Shown here one piece after another: positions 24,516 to 34,219 of a DNA stretch of 64,000 nucleotides. Position numbers and translations under genes: made by a program. The notes under the pieces are model-generated. The model was not told where the DNA came from, did no database searches, and saw only the letters and a program-made list of their open reading frames with translations. Each line of letters starts with the position of its first letter. Position 1 is the stretch's first letter. This DNA is from Candidatus Latescibacterota bacterium (lineage in GTDB: Bacteria > Latescibacterota > UBA2968 > UBA8231): the NCBI GenBank assembly GCA_965206595.1, contig OZ242214.1, forward strand, positions 6,016,001 to 6,080,000, given 5' to 3'.

Positions 24516-24556
24516 GTCATTAAAGGCCCCACCCCAACGGAAAAGAGAACCAGCAT

Positions 24557-27199
24557 ATGGCAATCACGAACCACGAGCGCGTCGGCACGGCGATGGAGTT
24601 GCTCCGTCAGGGACTGGCCCCGTTCGTCGAACGCGAGCTGAACGACAAGGTCAAGAGGAACGCCGTCGACATGGACGTTCTTCGCCGCTTCGAGATCGAC
24701 AAGCCGTACCGCGAGTGGGACGCGGCTGCCCTCCTCCGGCTGATGGGGGATAACTGGAGGGACGTCTTCAGCGACACCCTCGGCTACACAGAGCGCAGCC
24801 TGGTTTCCGAGCTGCGTGAATGGCGCAACAAGTGGGCGCACCAGGAGCGCTTCTCCAGCGACGACGCCGACCGCGCCCTTGACTCCGCGGAGCGTCTTCT
24901 CACCGCGGTTTCCGCCCCCCAGGCGGCCGAGGCCGCAAAGATGAAGCTGGAGCTGCGCCGGCGGGTGTTCGACGAACAGGTGCGTGGGGAGCAGCGCCGG
25001 GCCATCGGCAGTCTTGTCGAAACCGTGAGCGCCGGTGGCCTCCAGCCCTGGCGCGAGGTGGTGATCCCTCACACCGACGTGGCCAGCGGCCGCTATCAGC
25101 AGGCGGAGTTCGCCGCCGACTTGGGGCAGGTGCACCTGGGCGAGGGCACGGACGAGTACCGCGACCCCGGGGAATTCTTCCGGCGCACCTTCCTCACCGA
25201 CAGTCTCAAGCGGTTGCTGGCCGGCGGCGCCCAGCGTCTCGCCGGCAAAGGCGGTGACCCGGTGGTGCAGCTGCAGACCAACTTCGGGGGCGGCAAGACC
25301 CACTCGATGCTGGCGCTCTACCACCTGTACTCCGGAATCCCTGCTCGCGAACTCACCGGCATGGACGAGGTGCTGGCGGAAGCCGGGGTCCAGATTCCCT
25401 CGGAGGTTAAGCGCGTGGTGCTGGTCGGCAACCGGATTTCACCGGGAAACCCGGTGACCAAAGCGGACGGCACGGTGGTGCGCACCATGTGGGGCGAGCT
25501 CGCCTGGCAGATCGGCGGCAGGGAGGGGTTCGAGCGGGTGCGTGCCGACGACGAGCGGGCGACCAGCCCGGGGGACGTGCTGCGGGAGTTGCTGCAGGAG
25601 TACGGGCCCTGCCTGGTTCTGATCGACGAGTGGGTCTCCTACGCGCGCCAGCTTCACGACGACCCCGATCTGCCGGCGGGCAGCTTCGAGACTCAGTTCA
25701 CCTTCGCACAGGCGCTGACCGAGTCGGTGAAGCTCACGGGCAACTGCCTGCTGGTGGTCTCGCTGCCGGCTTCCGACATCTCGACTCCCGATTCTCCCCA
25801 CACCGAGGCGGACGACGCCGAGGTCGGGGGCGTTCGCGGGCGCGGCGCCCTGGATCGGCTGCGCAACGTGCTGGGCCGGATCGACTCTCCGTGGAGGCCG
25901 GCCAGCGCCGAGGAGAGCTTCGAGATCGTGCGCCGGCGGTTGTTCGAGCCTCTCGCCGGGCCGGACCCCTTCACGCAGCGCGACGTCACCGCCCGCGCCT
26001 TCTCCGAACTGTATCGCTTACAACAGGTCGAGTTCCCCGCGGAGTGCCGCACCGCCGACTACGAGCGCCGCATCCGGACCGCCTACCCGATTCATCCCGA
26101 GATCTTCGACCGACTCTACACGGACTGGTCCGCCCTCGCCAAGTTTCAGCGCACCCGGGGCGTGTTGCGCCTGATGGCCGCGGTGATCCACAGCCTGTGG
26201 GAGCGGGGGGACCAGAACCCACTGCTGCTGCCCTCCACCCTTCCCATCGACGACGACCGCGTGCGCAACGAGCTGACCCGCTACCTCTCCGACAACTGGA
26301 ACCCCGTCATCGACAAGGACGTCGACGGCCCGGGCTCGCTGCCGGTCGCCATCGACGGGAGGGCGCCCAACCTCGGCAAGCTCTCCGCCACGCGGCGGGT
26401 GGCGCGCACCGTCTACCTCGGCTCGGCGCCTACTACCGCGGCGGCGCACCGCGGCATCGACGACTCCCGGGTCAAGCTCGGATGCGTCATGCCGGGGGAA
26501 TCTCCGGCGGTCTTCGGCGACGCCCTGCGCAGGCTGGCGGCGGAGGCGACCTATCTCTACCAGGACGGCCCGAGGCAGTGGTACGCCACCCAGCCGACGG
26601 TCACCAAGCTGGCCGAGGACCGGGCCGAGCAACTGGCCGGCAACCCCGACGCGGTCGCCAGGGAGCTGGAGGAGCGGCTGAAGAAGGACCTGCGCAGCAC
26701 CGGGGACTTCGACCGCATCCACACCCTGCCCCGCTCGGGAGCGGACGTGCCGGACGACCTCGACGCACGGCTGGTGGTGCTCTCCGCGGAGCATCCCTGT
26801 TCGAGGGACCCGGACAATGCGGCCGAGGTGGCGGCCCGGGAAATCCTGGAGTCGCGCGGCAGTACGCCGAGGCTGTTCCGCAACACCCTGGTCTTCCTGG
26901 CGGTCGACAAGGTGCGGTACCAGGACCTCGACGAGGCCCTGCGCCGCTACCTGGCCTGGGTGTCGATCCTCGACGAGAAGGAGGAGCTCAACCTCGACCC
27001 GCATCAGGCCCGGCAGGCGGAAACGCAGATGAAGGCAGCCGACGAGGCGGTGACCGCGCGGCTGCCGGAGGCGTACCAGTGGCTGCTGGTTCCGGGACAG
27101 GAAAGGCCGGATGCGGCGGCACCTACATCGAATCCTACGCAATCATGCGGATGCAGGATGAAGGAGGACGAGAGTAGAATCCATAAAGGAATTAAATGA
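24557..27199 (+). pseudogene. Swt1-like HEPN + DUF499 AAA+ ATPase, copy 1; 3'-truncated at about 27114
   Basis: RNKWAH, QTNFGGGKTH, LIDE motifs. Matches copy 2 up to QERPDA, then has an unrelated tail; about 250 aa are missing. Confidence 0.9.
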
Positions 27200-27266
27200 A
27201 ATCGAATCTAAATGCAGTAAATGTGACTATCCAGGCGGAGAAAAGACGTTTCGTAATCAGGTTTGC

Positions 27267-27473
27267 ATGCCTATTAACGGTAAAGTTCAGTGCATCGACC
27301 ATTGTATCCATCATATCGTTGCTGCTCTTAATGCTGGCGGAGTCCGAACTATAGCGAGCTGTTGCGGTCACGGAAAAACGAAGGGGGATATAATCCTTGA
27401 AGATGGCCGCGTATTAATCATTCAGAGTAGGCCAGAATCGACGGAAGAATGGGGTAAAGCTGTCACTCTCTAA
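27267..27473 (+). CDS. Small phage-type Cys/His protein
   Basis: IDHCIHHIVAALNAGGVRTIASCCGHG, a pattern I recognise from phage hypothetical proteins. Confidence 0.55.
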   Translation: MPINGKVQCIDHCIHHIVAALNAGGVRTIASCCGHGKTKGDIILEDGRVLIIQSRPESTEEWGKAVTL

Positions 27474-27679
27474 CTGGTATGACAGTTAGGAGAGCAGTAA
27501 GCACACCCGTTAGATTTCTCGAAATATTCCTTGGCTTTTTCAACTGCCTCTTGGCAGGTGTCAAATTCCCCGAGATAAGTTCGGTTATCGTGATATGGAA
27601 TCCGCTTGCATCCAATTTCATGAACTTCATGGTCTCCATTGTCTTGTTCATTCTTGTTCACGAAAAAATGTTTTGCCAT
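27470..27679 (-). CDS. Small conserved Cys/His-rich hypothetical protein
   Basis: FVNKNEQDNGDHEVH..GC...YLG.F..C..A...A...NGCAYCS..CHTS. Confidence 0.7.
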   Translation of the reverse strand: MAKHFFVNKNEQDNGDHEVHEIGCKRIPYHDNRTYLGEFDTCQEAVEKAKEYFEKSNGCAYCSPNCHTS

Positions 27680-27910
27680 CGGAAGCAGTTCGAGGATGCC
27701 GGGCTCGACACTCCGAGTGATTCGACCATTGCCGAGATACGGAATGAATTTCTCGGGGAAGGTCCCGACATCGGCCCGGTGACGTTTGCGTATGTCCTGG
27801 AAGGAAATGCTCTGTTGTTGTCCACCGACAATGAAAGTATTGCCCTCTCTCGAAGTAGGGTAACCGCAGTAATAACAACAAGTTGGGGTAGGATCAAGTC
27901 ACGGAATTAG
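27680..27910 (+). pseudogene. 3' fragment of a secreted-type protein ending in TAVITTSWGRIKSRN
   Basis: Open frame to TAG 27910 with a C-terminal SWGxxK motif, followed by a terminator; no 5' part present. Confidence 0.5.
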
Positions 27911-27918
27911 GCTTGTCG

Positions 27919-27953
27919 GCGGCGGGTATCTTCGGATAGTTGCCGCTTTTTTT
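27919..27953 (+). terminator. Rho-independent terminator
   Basis: gcggcgggtatc-TTCG-gatagttgccgc followed by T7. Confidence 0.75.
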
Positions 27954-27959
27954 AGCCTC

Positions 27960-27989
27960 TTGACAGGGCTCCGGGGAATGCCGTAGCGT
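27960..27989 (+). promoter_or_regulatory. Candidate sigma70 promoter for 28046
   Basis: TTGACA-18 nt-TAGCGT. Confidence 0.4.
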
Positions 27990-28045
27990 TGGGGATCGAG
28001 ACAGCAAACAGGTGAACAATCGTTCAGACGAAAGGATCAGGAATA

Positions 28046-29980
28046 ATGGCTCTCAAGAAGCTCGGAAACAGCTACCTCGTAGGTGCCAGCGACAGCGCGG
28101 AGGCATCATTCGACGAAGACATCAATTACCGGGGGTGGAAGGATTTCCTCGTGTGGGTACCTTCGTACGACTCCGATCAGCAGGCCGTGATTACCGGGTA
28201 TTCCGACGAATCGGACTCCTGGATAGATGCCTCCCTCTACCGCTGCAGCAATCTCCTGGATGATCCAGGGACGTTTGTGGACGATGAATCCGTACGATCC
28301 CTGACACGGGCAGCAGGAGGAGGGTCCATGACGTTTGAGTTCGGCCCGGAACCAGCTCGCCTTTCCGGGCTGTTCCGTCTCCGAATCAAGCCAAGAGACA
28401 ATGATTCGATGTTCACGGTGAACTTTCAGAACCTTCCCTGGTATGCCCTGGAGTGCTGGGAGCCGCGCAATAATTTCTACATCTACGGCCTCTCCAGCCT
28501 CGATTCCATCGATCAGTATTTCTTCATTCCAAGGCTGACCGAGGATGCCGATTATGTTCGGGTGCGGTTGCAGACCGAGAAGGCGATAGAAAACGCACGA
28601 ATCGACATATACACGGAAACCGGGGAAGATCCAATTGCTACGGCGGAATGCAAGGGCGAGAATGCATCAGGAGACGATCACCCCTGGTTCGACACGGCTC
28701 AGATAGAGGGAGACGACCTTCCCTCAGAGTATCCAGGAGCGATATATCGCTTCCGTCTTACTCGGGTAATTCCTAATGGGATATCAAGCAATCAGCCATC
28801 CGGAAACGTGTGGGTGCGGTTTTCCAGGAATGTGCCGCCGTATTTCGCCTCCAAGGCCGAGCGATTGATTTACCCGATCCTGCACCGGAGAATCGAGCCG
28901 GTTACATATGTCGATGAATCTCGATCCCACCGGCTATACCTGACAGTTCCCCGGACCGTTCCTTCGGGAGAAACGGCTATTATCCCGGAAGCCAGTGAAC
29001 TGAAGTTGAAAACGGGAACGTCGCCGGAATCGGACACGACAACGGGCTATTCCGTTATCACAACACTGACCTTGGATTCTCCTCAGAAGATCGAAAGAGG
29101 AGATAGCTTCATCGCGCAACTCCTGGATGGGGATACGGTAATCGCGGACAGCACCGACAAGGTCGATACCCTTTACGGCATTCGGGAGCCCGTATACGAC
29201 AGCGACTTTCCCGAGAAACTGATACCCGCTTGGGATAACGGGAACGGCAGGTATACCTCCCAGGATATGAGCGCCGGACATATCAACACAGTTCAGACGA
29301 GCGACGAAACCTCCATACCGAACATTATTGCAGTATCGGGAGTGAAAGCCTGGGGTGCTCTGTATACACCTCCAGAGCAAGACAATCCTCTAATAAAAGC
29401 TTGGTTCAAGACAGAGGTCGGAGGAGAATACCCGAATGCAAACAGCGAGAATGTTCGCTTTTGGGGATACAAAGACGAACCCGACAGCGGCCCTGGGTAT
29501 CACCGGGCTTCTGGAAACGTCTATCCGGTAACTGCTCTCAAGAACTTGTATGATGCGTTTCTATGCTATACGGGTTATACAAGCAAGCCCTTTCAAATCA
29601 CCATCCAGCACACCATTTTCATCGAGGAATTCAGCCAAGCCTGCGACATTATTGGCAGCGATCCCTACGTCTGTGCAGTGAAGCATACCGAGAATTACAG
29701 GCGAGTGCGGGACTGCGTAGCGGAGCTGACGTACAATCAAAAGTCTCAACAAAAGCGAATGATTATCATGTGGTGGTGGGACCCGAAAGTAGGGGCGGAA
29801 ACAGCCGTTGAAGTAACCCTTTTCGAAGACGCATTCGCAGAAGCAACGGACATGGAGAGCATAGGCGGATGGAACTTTTCCGCTGGAGGGTATCCGGTAG
29901 TTAACCCGCTGAACACTGGTGATACTGATTTATGGACGGCGATAACAAACAAGAACAACGACTGGATCAATCCGACATAA
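28046..29980 (+). CDS. 644-aa hypothetical protein, possible C-terminal GH-like TIM barrel
   Basis: Long ORF with RBS; WGYKDEPD and DIIGSDPY resemble clan GH-A-like motifs (tentative). Confidence 0.6.
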   Translation: MALKKLGNSYLVGASDSAEASFDEDINYRGWKDFLVWVPSYDSDQQAVITGYSDESDSWIDASLYRCSNLLDDPGTFVDDESVRSLTRAAGGGSMTFEFGPEPARLSGLFRLRIKPRDNDSMFTVNFQNLPWYALECWEPRNNFYIYGLSSLDSIDQYFFIPRLTEDADYVRVRLQTEKAIENARIDIYTETGEDPIATAECKGENASGDDHPWFDTAQIEGDDLPSEYPGAIYRFRLTRVIPNGISSNQPSGNVWVRFSRNVPPYFASKAERLIYPILHRRIEPVTYVDESRSHRLYLTVPRTVPSGETAIIPEASELKLKTGTSPESDTTTGYSVITTLTLDSPQKIERGDSFIAQLLDGDTVIADSTDKVDTLYGIREPVYDSDFPEKLIPAWDNGNGRYTSQDMSAGHINTVQTSDETSIPNIIAVSGVKAWGALYTPPEQDNPLIKAWFKTEVGGEYPNANSENVRFWGYKDEPDSGPGYHRASGNVYPVTALKNLYDAFLCYTGYTSKPFQITIQHTIFIEEFSQACDIIGSDPYVCAVKHTENYRRVRDCVAELTYNQKSQQKRMIIMWWWDPKVGAETAVEVTLFEDAFAEATDMESIGGWNFSAGGYPVVNPLNTGDTDLWTAITNKNNDWINPT

Positions 29981-29981
29981 C

Positions 29982-30944
29982 ATGGTTCTACTGTTCGCCA
30001 TTCTCGTTCCATCCCTGTCCTGGGGACAAATAGCCTTTTACGGCACTTCTCCTAACCCGAATGATGCGTCTACTTCCAGCCACCACCTATGTATTATCGA
30101 TCAATCCGGATCTTTAATAGAAAAGTGGGGTGGAGGGGGAGGCTCCTGGGATCTGTCCCCAGACGGCACAACCATTGCCTATGTATGGTTGAAGCGGGAG
30201 ATGGGAACTTCGTCGTATTATCTGCACGCGCATAATTTTCTGGAATCATCTTACTGGACCATATGGGATTCAGCAACATACGCATATAAAAGCGCGATAA
30301 GATGGTCTCCTGCGGGTGATAATCTGGTTGCTTTCTTGTTGGACAACCAGGAAATAAGGGTAATGGCGGCGGAAAACTTTTGGGAAAGGGATCATTCAAA
30401 TGAGTTGTTCAAAAGGGTGATCGATGTTGGAATGCATGTTTCCGATATTGATTGGGCTCCTAATGAACGATTCGTAGTTTCGTCCGGGACAGAGGAAATA
30501 TGGATTACGGATGGAACCAACTTGGAGTTTCTTAGCAGAGGTCAGTATCCCAGGGTATCGCCAGATGGCAAGAAAATCGCCTTTGTTGTTCCTGGAAAAT
30601 CCTTCTCTGAATACGACGACTTTCCGGACGCCAAGATTTCCGGGTATGAAAATAGTGTATGGACAATGAACCTCGACGGATCTCATAAGAGATTTATACA
30701 CAAATGGGAATTTGGATCGAGGGGAGTAGCATGGTCTCCCGATTCTCGGGAACTTGCTTTTGCCGATGGAGTAAAGATGTGGGAGAGCTACGTCAAGGCA
30801 GTGTCCTTGAATGGAGTTGTCAGAACGATACTCCATGTTGAAAAGAGGGTCAGAAAAATTGAATGGGCAGCTCCCTGGCTGGATCAGACGACAGGCATAA
30901 CTCCTGCATCTTGGGGAGCGGTGAAACATGAACAGAATTATTAA
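29982..30944 (+). CDS. Secreted TolB-like (PD40) beta-propeller with C-terminal SWGxxK tail
   Basis: Signal peptide-like N-terminus; repeated SPDG/WSP motifs; ends TTGITPASWGAVKHEQNY. Confidence 0.8.
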   Translation: MVLLFAILVPSLSWGQIAFYGTSPNPNDASTSSHHLCIIDQSGSLIEKWGGGGGSWDLSPDGTTIAYVWLKREMGTSSYYLHAHNFLESSYWTIWDSATYAYKSAIRWSPAGDNLVAFLLDNQEIRVMAAENFWERDHSNELFKRVIDVGMHVSDIDWAPNERFVVSSGTEEIWITDGTNLEFLSRGQYPRVSPDGKKIAFVVPGKSFSEYDDFPDAKISGYENSVWTMNLDGSHKRFIHKWEFGSRGVAWSPDSRELAFADGVKMWESYVKAVSLNGVVRTILHVEKRVRKIEWAAPWLDQTTGITPASWGAVKHEQNY

Positions 30945-31005
30945 GGCTGCCGTAATCGCCATCGGAGTGTTTGTGGTTCTATTTCTCCATTGGATCATTC
31001 CGTAA
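30928..31005 (+). CDS. Candidate 25-aa single-TM peptide
   Basis: GGGGAG upstream; MNRIIKAAVIAIGVFVVLFLHWIIP. Confidence 0.35.
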   Translation: MNRIIKAAVIAIGVFVVLFLHWIIP

Positions 31006-31044
31006 CGGGGGAAGACGACACAAGTAACTGCCGCCTCCCCCTTG

Positions 31045-32038
31045 CTATTTCACGAGGTCCCTGTAAAGCAGACGTTTTCCGACCATACATGCAACAAGGT
31101 CTTCCATTTGATCGAGCGTATCACGGTTCCTGATGTTATGCTTTCCGACAAACTCATCGACGTATCGCTGTAGGTGCTTTGGAGACCATAGATGATACGT
31201 TCCCTTGTAGGCTCGCTTCATCATCGACCAAAAACTCTCTATGCCGTTGACGTGACAGTCCCCGGAAACATACTCCCCCCTGGAGTGCCTTACGGCCTTG
31301 TGACGGCCCGGCCAGTCAAACCCTTGGTATGCCGTAGCACTGTCGCTGTAAAGCGTTCCACGGCGTCTCAGGTGCCTTCTTGCGAAGTCTCGGAGGGTAT
31401 CGGGAGAGGTATCGGGAATGACCTTGGCAGCTACCCTTCCGGTGCGTCTATCCCTCATGCCGACAACAGCCGTTTTGCCTTCCGGCCATCGCTCATGTAG
31501 CTTGCGGTCGGCATGTTTATTGTGCTCCCTACCGCCGAAATATGCCTCGTCAATCTCCGCTTTCTTGCTGCGTAATCGCGGGGGATCGCTCCACGCTTCC
31601 CGTATCCGGTGCGCCAGGAACCAGGCGGAACGTTGCGTCATACCGAGGTCCCGGTGCAGCTTCAGGCTGGACACACCCTTCAACGACGACAAGTGCAGGT
31701 AGATTGCAATTGCCCATTTTTGATACGAGATATTCGACGCTTCGAGCACCGTTCCGGTTCGCACAGAGAACCGATTGCGGCAGTCTCCGCACCAGTACGG
31801 CTGCGGCTTGCGATTCGGGCATTCGGAAATCATGCCGTAACATCCACAGCGAAGGGCAGCATATTACGTCGCTCCATCGCACAGATTCGAACCACTGTTC
31901 CGCCGTTCTGTTGTCCGGGAACTTCTCGAAAAGCTCTATCAGGGAGACACCTTCCCTGTCGTTCCTTCCCGGCCCCTGGGGGAGAAATCCGCGCCCGACC
32001 TTCGACCAGCGACCGAGGAAGCGTTTCAGGATTTTCAT
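31045..32038 (-). mobile_element. IS1595-family transposase, frameshifted near 31850
   Basis: Zn-ribbon (RW....CP / C.DC..RFSVRTGT), EIDEAYFGG, LYSD, HVNGIESFWS, HLQRYVDEF. Terminal IRs not identified. Confidence 0.85.
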
Positions 32039-32472
32039 ATCAATCCCAGCTCCTTGAACGAGATATTTTCCTTCGGTGGGGCAATGATTACATGGTCTTT
32101 GACATCTATCCCTATCAGGTTTCCTACGTCCCGGAGCCGGTGCGTAAGGGATATATCGTCGTCGCTCGGTGCAGGGTCTCCCGAAGGGTGATTATGGGCC
32201 AGGACGATACCGTTAGCGCCCTTGAGGATCGCGGACTTGAACACCTCCCGAGGGTGCACGATGGAGGCTGTTTGACTGCCGATAGACGTTACCTCGTGGG
32301 CAACGACACGGTTCCTGGCGTCAAGGTGAAGCACGATGAAAAACTCCCTGTCTGAATTACGGAAATCCAAGCTGTCCAGGTAGACGATGACGCTATCGGG
32401 ACCGACGAGAGCATCGGAGCATACGTCTTGCCATACCTGTTTCACGGTGCGTTCTACGATTTCGATCTTCAT
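32035..32472 (-). CDS. radC: RadC-like JAB-domain protein
   Basis: REFFIVLHLD...VHPREVF...HNHPSGDPAPSDDD...DHVII. Confidence 0.9.
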   Translation of the reverse strand: MKIEIVERTVKQVWQDVCSDALVGPDSVIVYLDSLDFRNSDREFFIVLHLDARNRVVAHEVTSIGSQTASIVHPREVFKSAILKGANGIVLAHNHPSGDPAPSDDDISLTHRLRDVGNLIGIDVKDHVIIAPPKENISFKELGLI

Positions 32473-32515
32473 TTGAAAATCCTTTCTGTCGGTGTTCACC
32501 GACGTTAGGTGAGTG

Positions 32516-32827
32516 ATGGCCTTCCGTGATATCCTGATAGAAACCATACTGAACATCGGGGAAAGCCAGATAGACAAGGGCAAGTTTAACGTTCTGCCAG
32601 ACAGCTTTCTTGTCCGTGAACTGATACGTCTGGAGCTGATTTATGCAAGACAGAAGGACGACAGGTTCAGGGACCTTCGGTTGACGAAGAAGGGAAAGCA
32701 GCTCTTCATCCGGGAGACGTTGCGAAAGCCAGCGCCAGAAATAGAGGATATTCTGTCGCGGTTCGGAAAGACAGGAGCGGAGCCGGAAACTGCTTTGATT
32801 GAACTGATATGCTTGGACTGCGAATAG
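32516..32827 (+). CDS. Hypothetical protein, possible winged-helix
   Basis: ORF containing LRLTKKGK, resembling a wing-helix end. Confidence 0.45.
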   Translation: MAFRDILIETILNIGESQIDKGKFNVLPDSFLVRELIRLELIYARQKDDRFRDLRLTKKGKQLFIRETLRKPAPEIEDILSRFGKTGAEPETALIELICLDCE

Positions 32828-33345
32828 GACTACTGGCATTACTCCTTGCGCCGGTGTGGGCACAGGACCCCCTTGAATCCATATGGGTAGTTAGACAGGA
32901 GGGACAGGTTGTTGTGGCCTGGATGGCCATAGAGGGAGCCATAGGGTATCAGGTATACGTAGAGGTGGAGGTGTCTGTCGGAATGACAGACGAGGGCTTA
33001 GTGGATTTGGAAGAGCCTACTACCGTGTTCGTCCCCTGGGGGTTTGTCGAGCAGGGGGAAGGGGAAATTATCCAGGCTGGCGTTGCCCTGTTTTCCTACG
33101 GCCGTATTGCTGTGTCTGCTGTGTATCTGATAGATGGAGAGCCGGTGCCATCAGAAAAAACATACTTGTGGATTCCTGCATCGGCTGACTTCAACGACAA
33201 TGGCCGCATTGACCTGGAGGATTTCTTCCTGTTTGCGGACGCCTTTGGGAGTACCGAACAGCAATTTGACCTGGATGGATCAGGTACTGTAGGATTCGGG
33301 GATCTTTACATCTTCGTAGATGCGTTCAATGCCCATCGCATCTAA
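32809..33345 (+). CDS. Secreted protein with C-terminal dockerin/EF-hand-like module
   Basis: Signal peptide; ADFNDNGRIDLEDFFLFADAFG...FDLDGSGTVGFGDLYIF. Confidence 0.75.
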   Translation: MLGLRIGLLALLLAPVWAQDPLESIWVVRQEGQVVVAWMAIEGAIGYQVYVEVEVSVGMTDEGLVDLEEPTTVFVPWGFVEQGEGEIIQAGVALFSYGRIAVSAVYLIDGEPVPSEKTYLWIPASADFNDNGRIDLEDFFLFADAFGSTEQQFDLDGSGTVGFGDLYIFVDAFNAHRI

Positions 33346-33544
33346 TCCACCCCTGATTAGGAAGGTAGCCTTGTTCTATGGCTACAACTGACGACAACCT
33401 GAATTCCAGCTCCCGCACTTCCCCGCCGTGCTCCTGGCGGTGCTGTGTTGCCTCTGGCAGGGTTTCAAATCGTGCAACAGCTCCGTCTTTCACGACTATC
33501 CAGCGGCGAATTACCCAGCGGGGTAGGTCTACTTCATCGGGCAT
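33326..33544 (-). CDS. Small hypothetical protein
   Basis: AGGAGG RBS; shares a base with the stop of the upstream ORF. Confidence 0.5.
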   Translation of the reverse strand: MPDEVDLPRWVIRRWIVVKDGAVARFETLPEATQHRQEHGGEVRELEFRLSSVVAIEQGYLPNQGWIRCDGH

Positions 33545-33789
33545 TACACCCTCCTTCCTGTTGGGGTTACGTGCTGCTTCAGCACTCTTGTAAGCTCCTT
33601 CGCCGATACCTGCTTCCGCTCTCCTACGAGAGTCCGGAGGGCGGTATCTGTGACTACATTCGGCAATCTGTCAAGGTCATTCTCCTTGATATGATCGCCT
33701 ACCAGCTCGACAATCTTTACCCAAGACAGCGGCACATTGCCGACGATTACTGCAAGCTTGGGCGAAGGTTGAAACAATTCTGAGGGCAT
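33544..33789 (-). CDS. Small hypothetical protein
   Basis: AAGGAG RBS; transcribed divergently from the mini-array region. Confidence 0.55.
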   Translation of the reverse strand: MPSELFQPSPKLAVIVGNVPLSWVKIVELVGDHIKENDLDRLPNVVTDTALRTLVGERKQVSAKELTRVLKQHVTPTGRRV

Positions 33790-33869
33790 GTATTCTCCTT
33801 TCGTTTTGGGGCGGGCGCTGGATAAATCGGGGGGCTCCTTTTGTGGATCGGCTCTCCGGTTTTAGGGAA

Positions 33870-33980
33870 GCCGGTTGCCCGCCCTATGGCCCCGGCCTCA
33901 TTGAAGCCGATATAGGTATCCCAATGTATAGACTTTATCACCAACCTTCCGGGATCGAAAGGTCCCGGCCTCATTAAAAT
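33870..33980 (+). CRISPR. Orphan single-spacer mini-array with type I-G (I-U)-like repeats
   Basis: Repeat 2 (33946-33980) CTTCCGGGATCGAAAGGTCCCGGCCTCATTAAAAT; degenerate repeat 1 ends ...CCCGGCCTCATTGAAGC (33907); 38-nt spacer 33908-33945. Confidence 0.7.
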
Positions 33981-34003
33981 GGAAATCCTGAAGGAGAGCA
34001 CGC

Positions 34004-34219
34004 ATGATACTGCTGCTGTTGTTGTTGGTGGCGTCTCCTATCATGGCGGACATCGACCGATGGGAAGCATTCGCATACAGTGGGACGTTCACCTACCTTC
34101 AGGCAAGGCCCATCTCTTACACTCAGAAACTGGTGTCTGACGGGCAAAGGTTCGATGTTATGTCAGTCAGTCAGTTCATTGGGGTGGGATACTGCTTCAA
34201 GGGCGGGGAGGTGGAGTGA
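34004..34219 (+). CDS. Small secreted/hydrophobic protein
   Basis: AAGGAG RBS; MILLLLLLVASPIMA signal-like N-terminus. Confidence 0.55.
   Translation: MILLLLLLVASPIMADIDRWEAFAYSGTFTYLQARPISYTQKLVSDGQRFDVMSVSQFIGVGYCFKGGEVE

Noticed and set aside
33908-33945. Self-target of the mini-array spacer within the window
   Set aside because: Only 9-10-nt matches found by eye (about 8630, 49627, 63695), which is chance level; a computational search is still needed.
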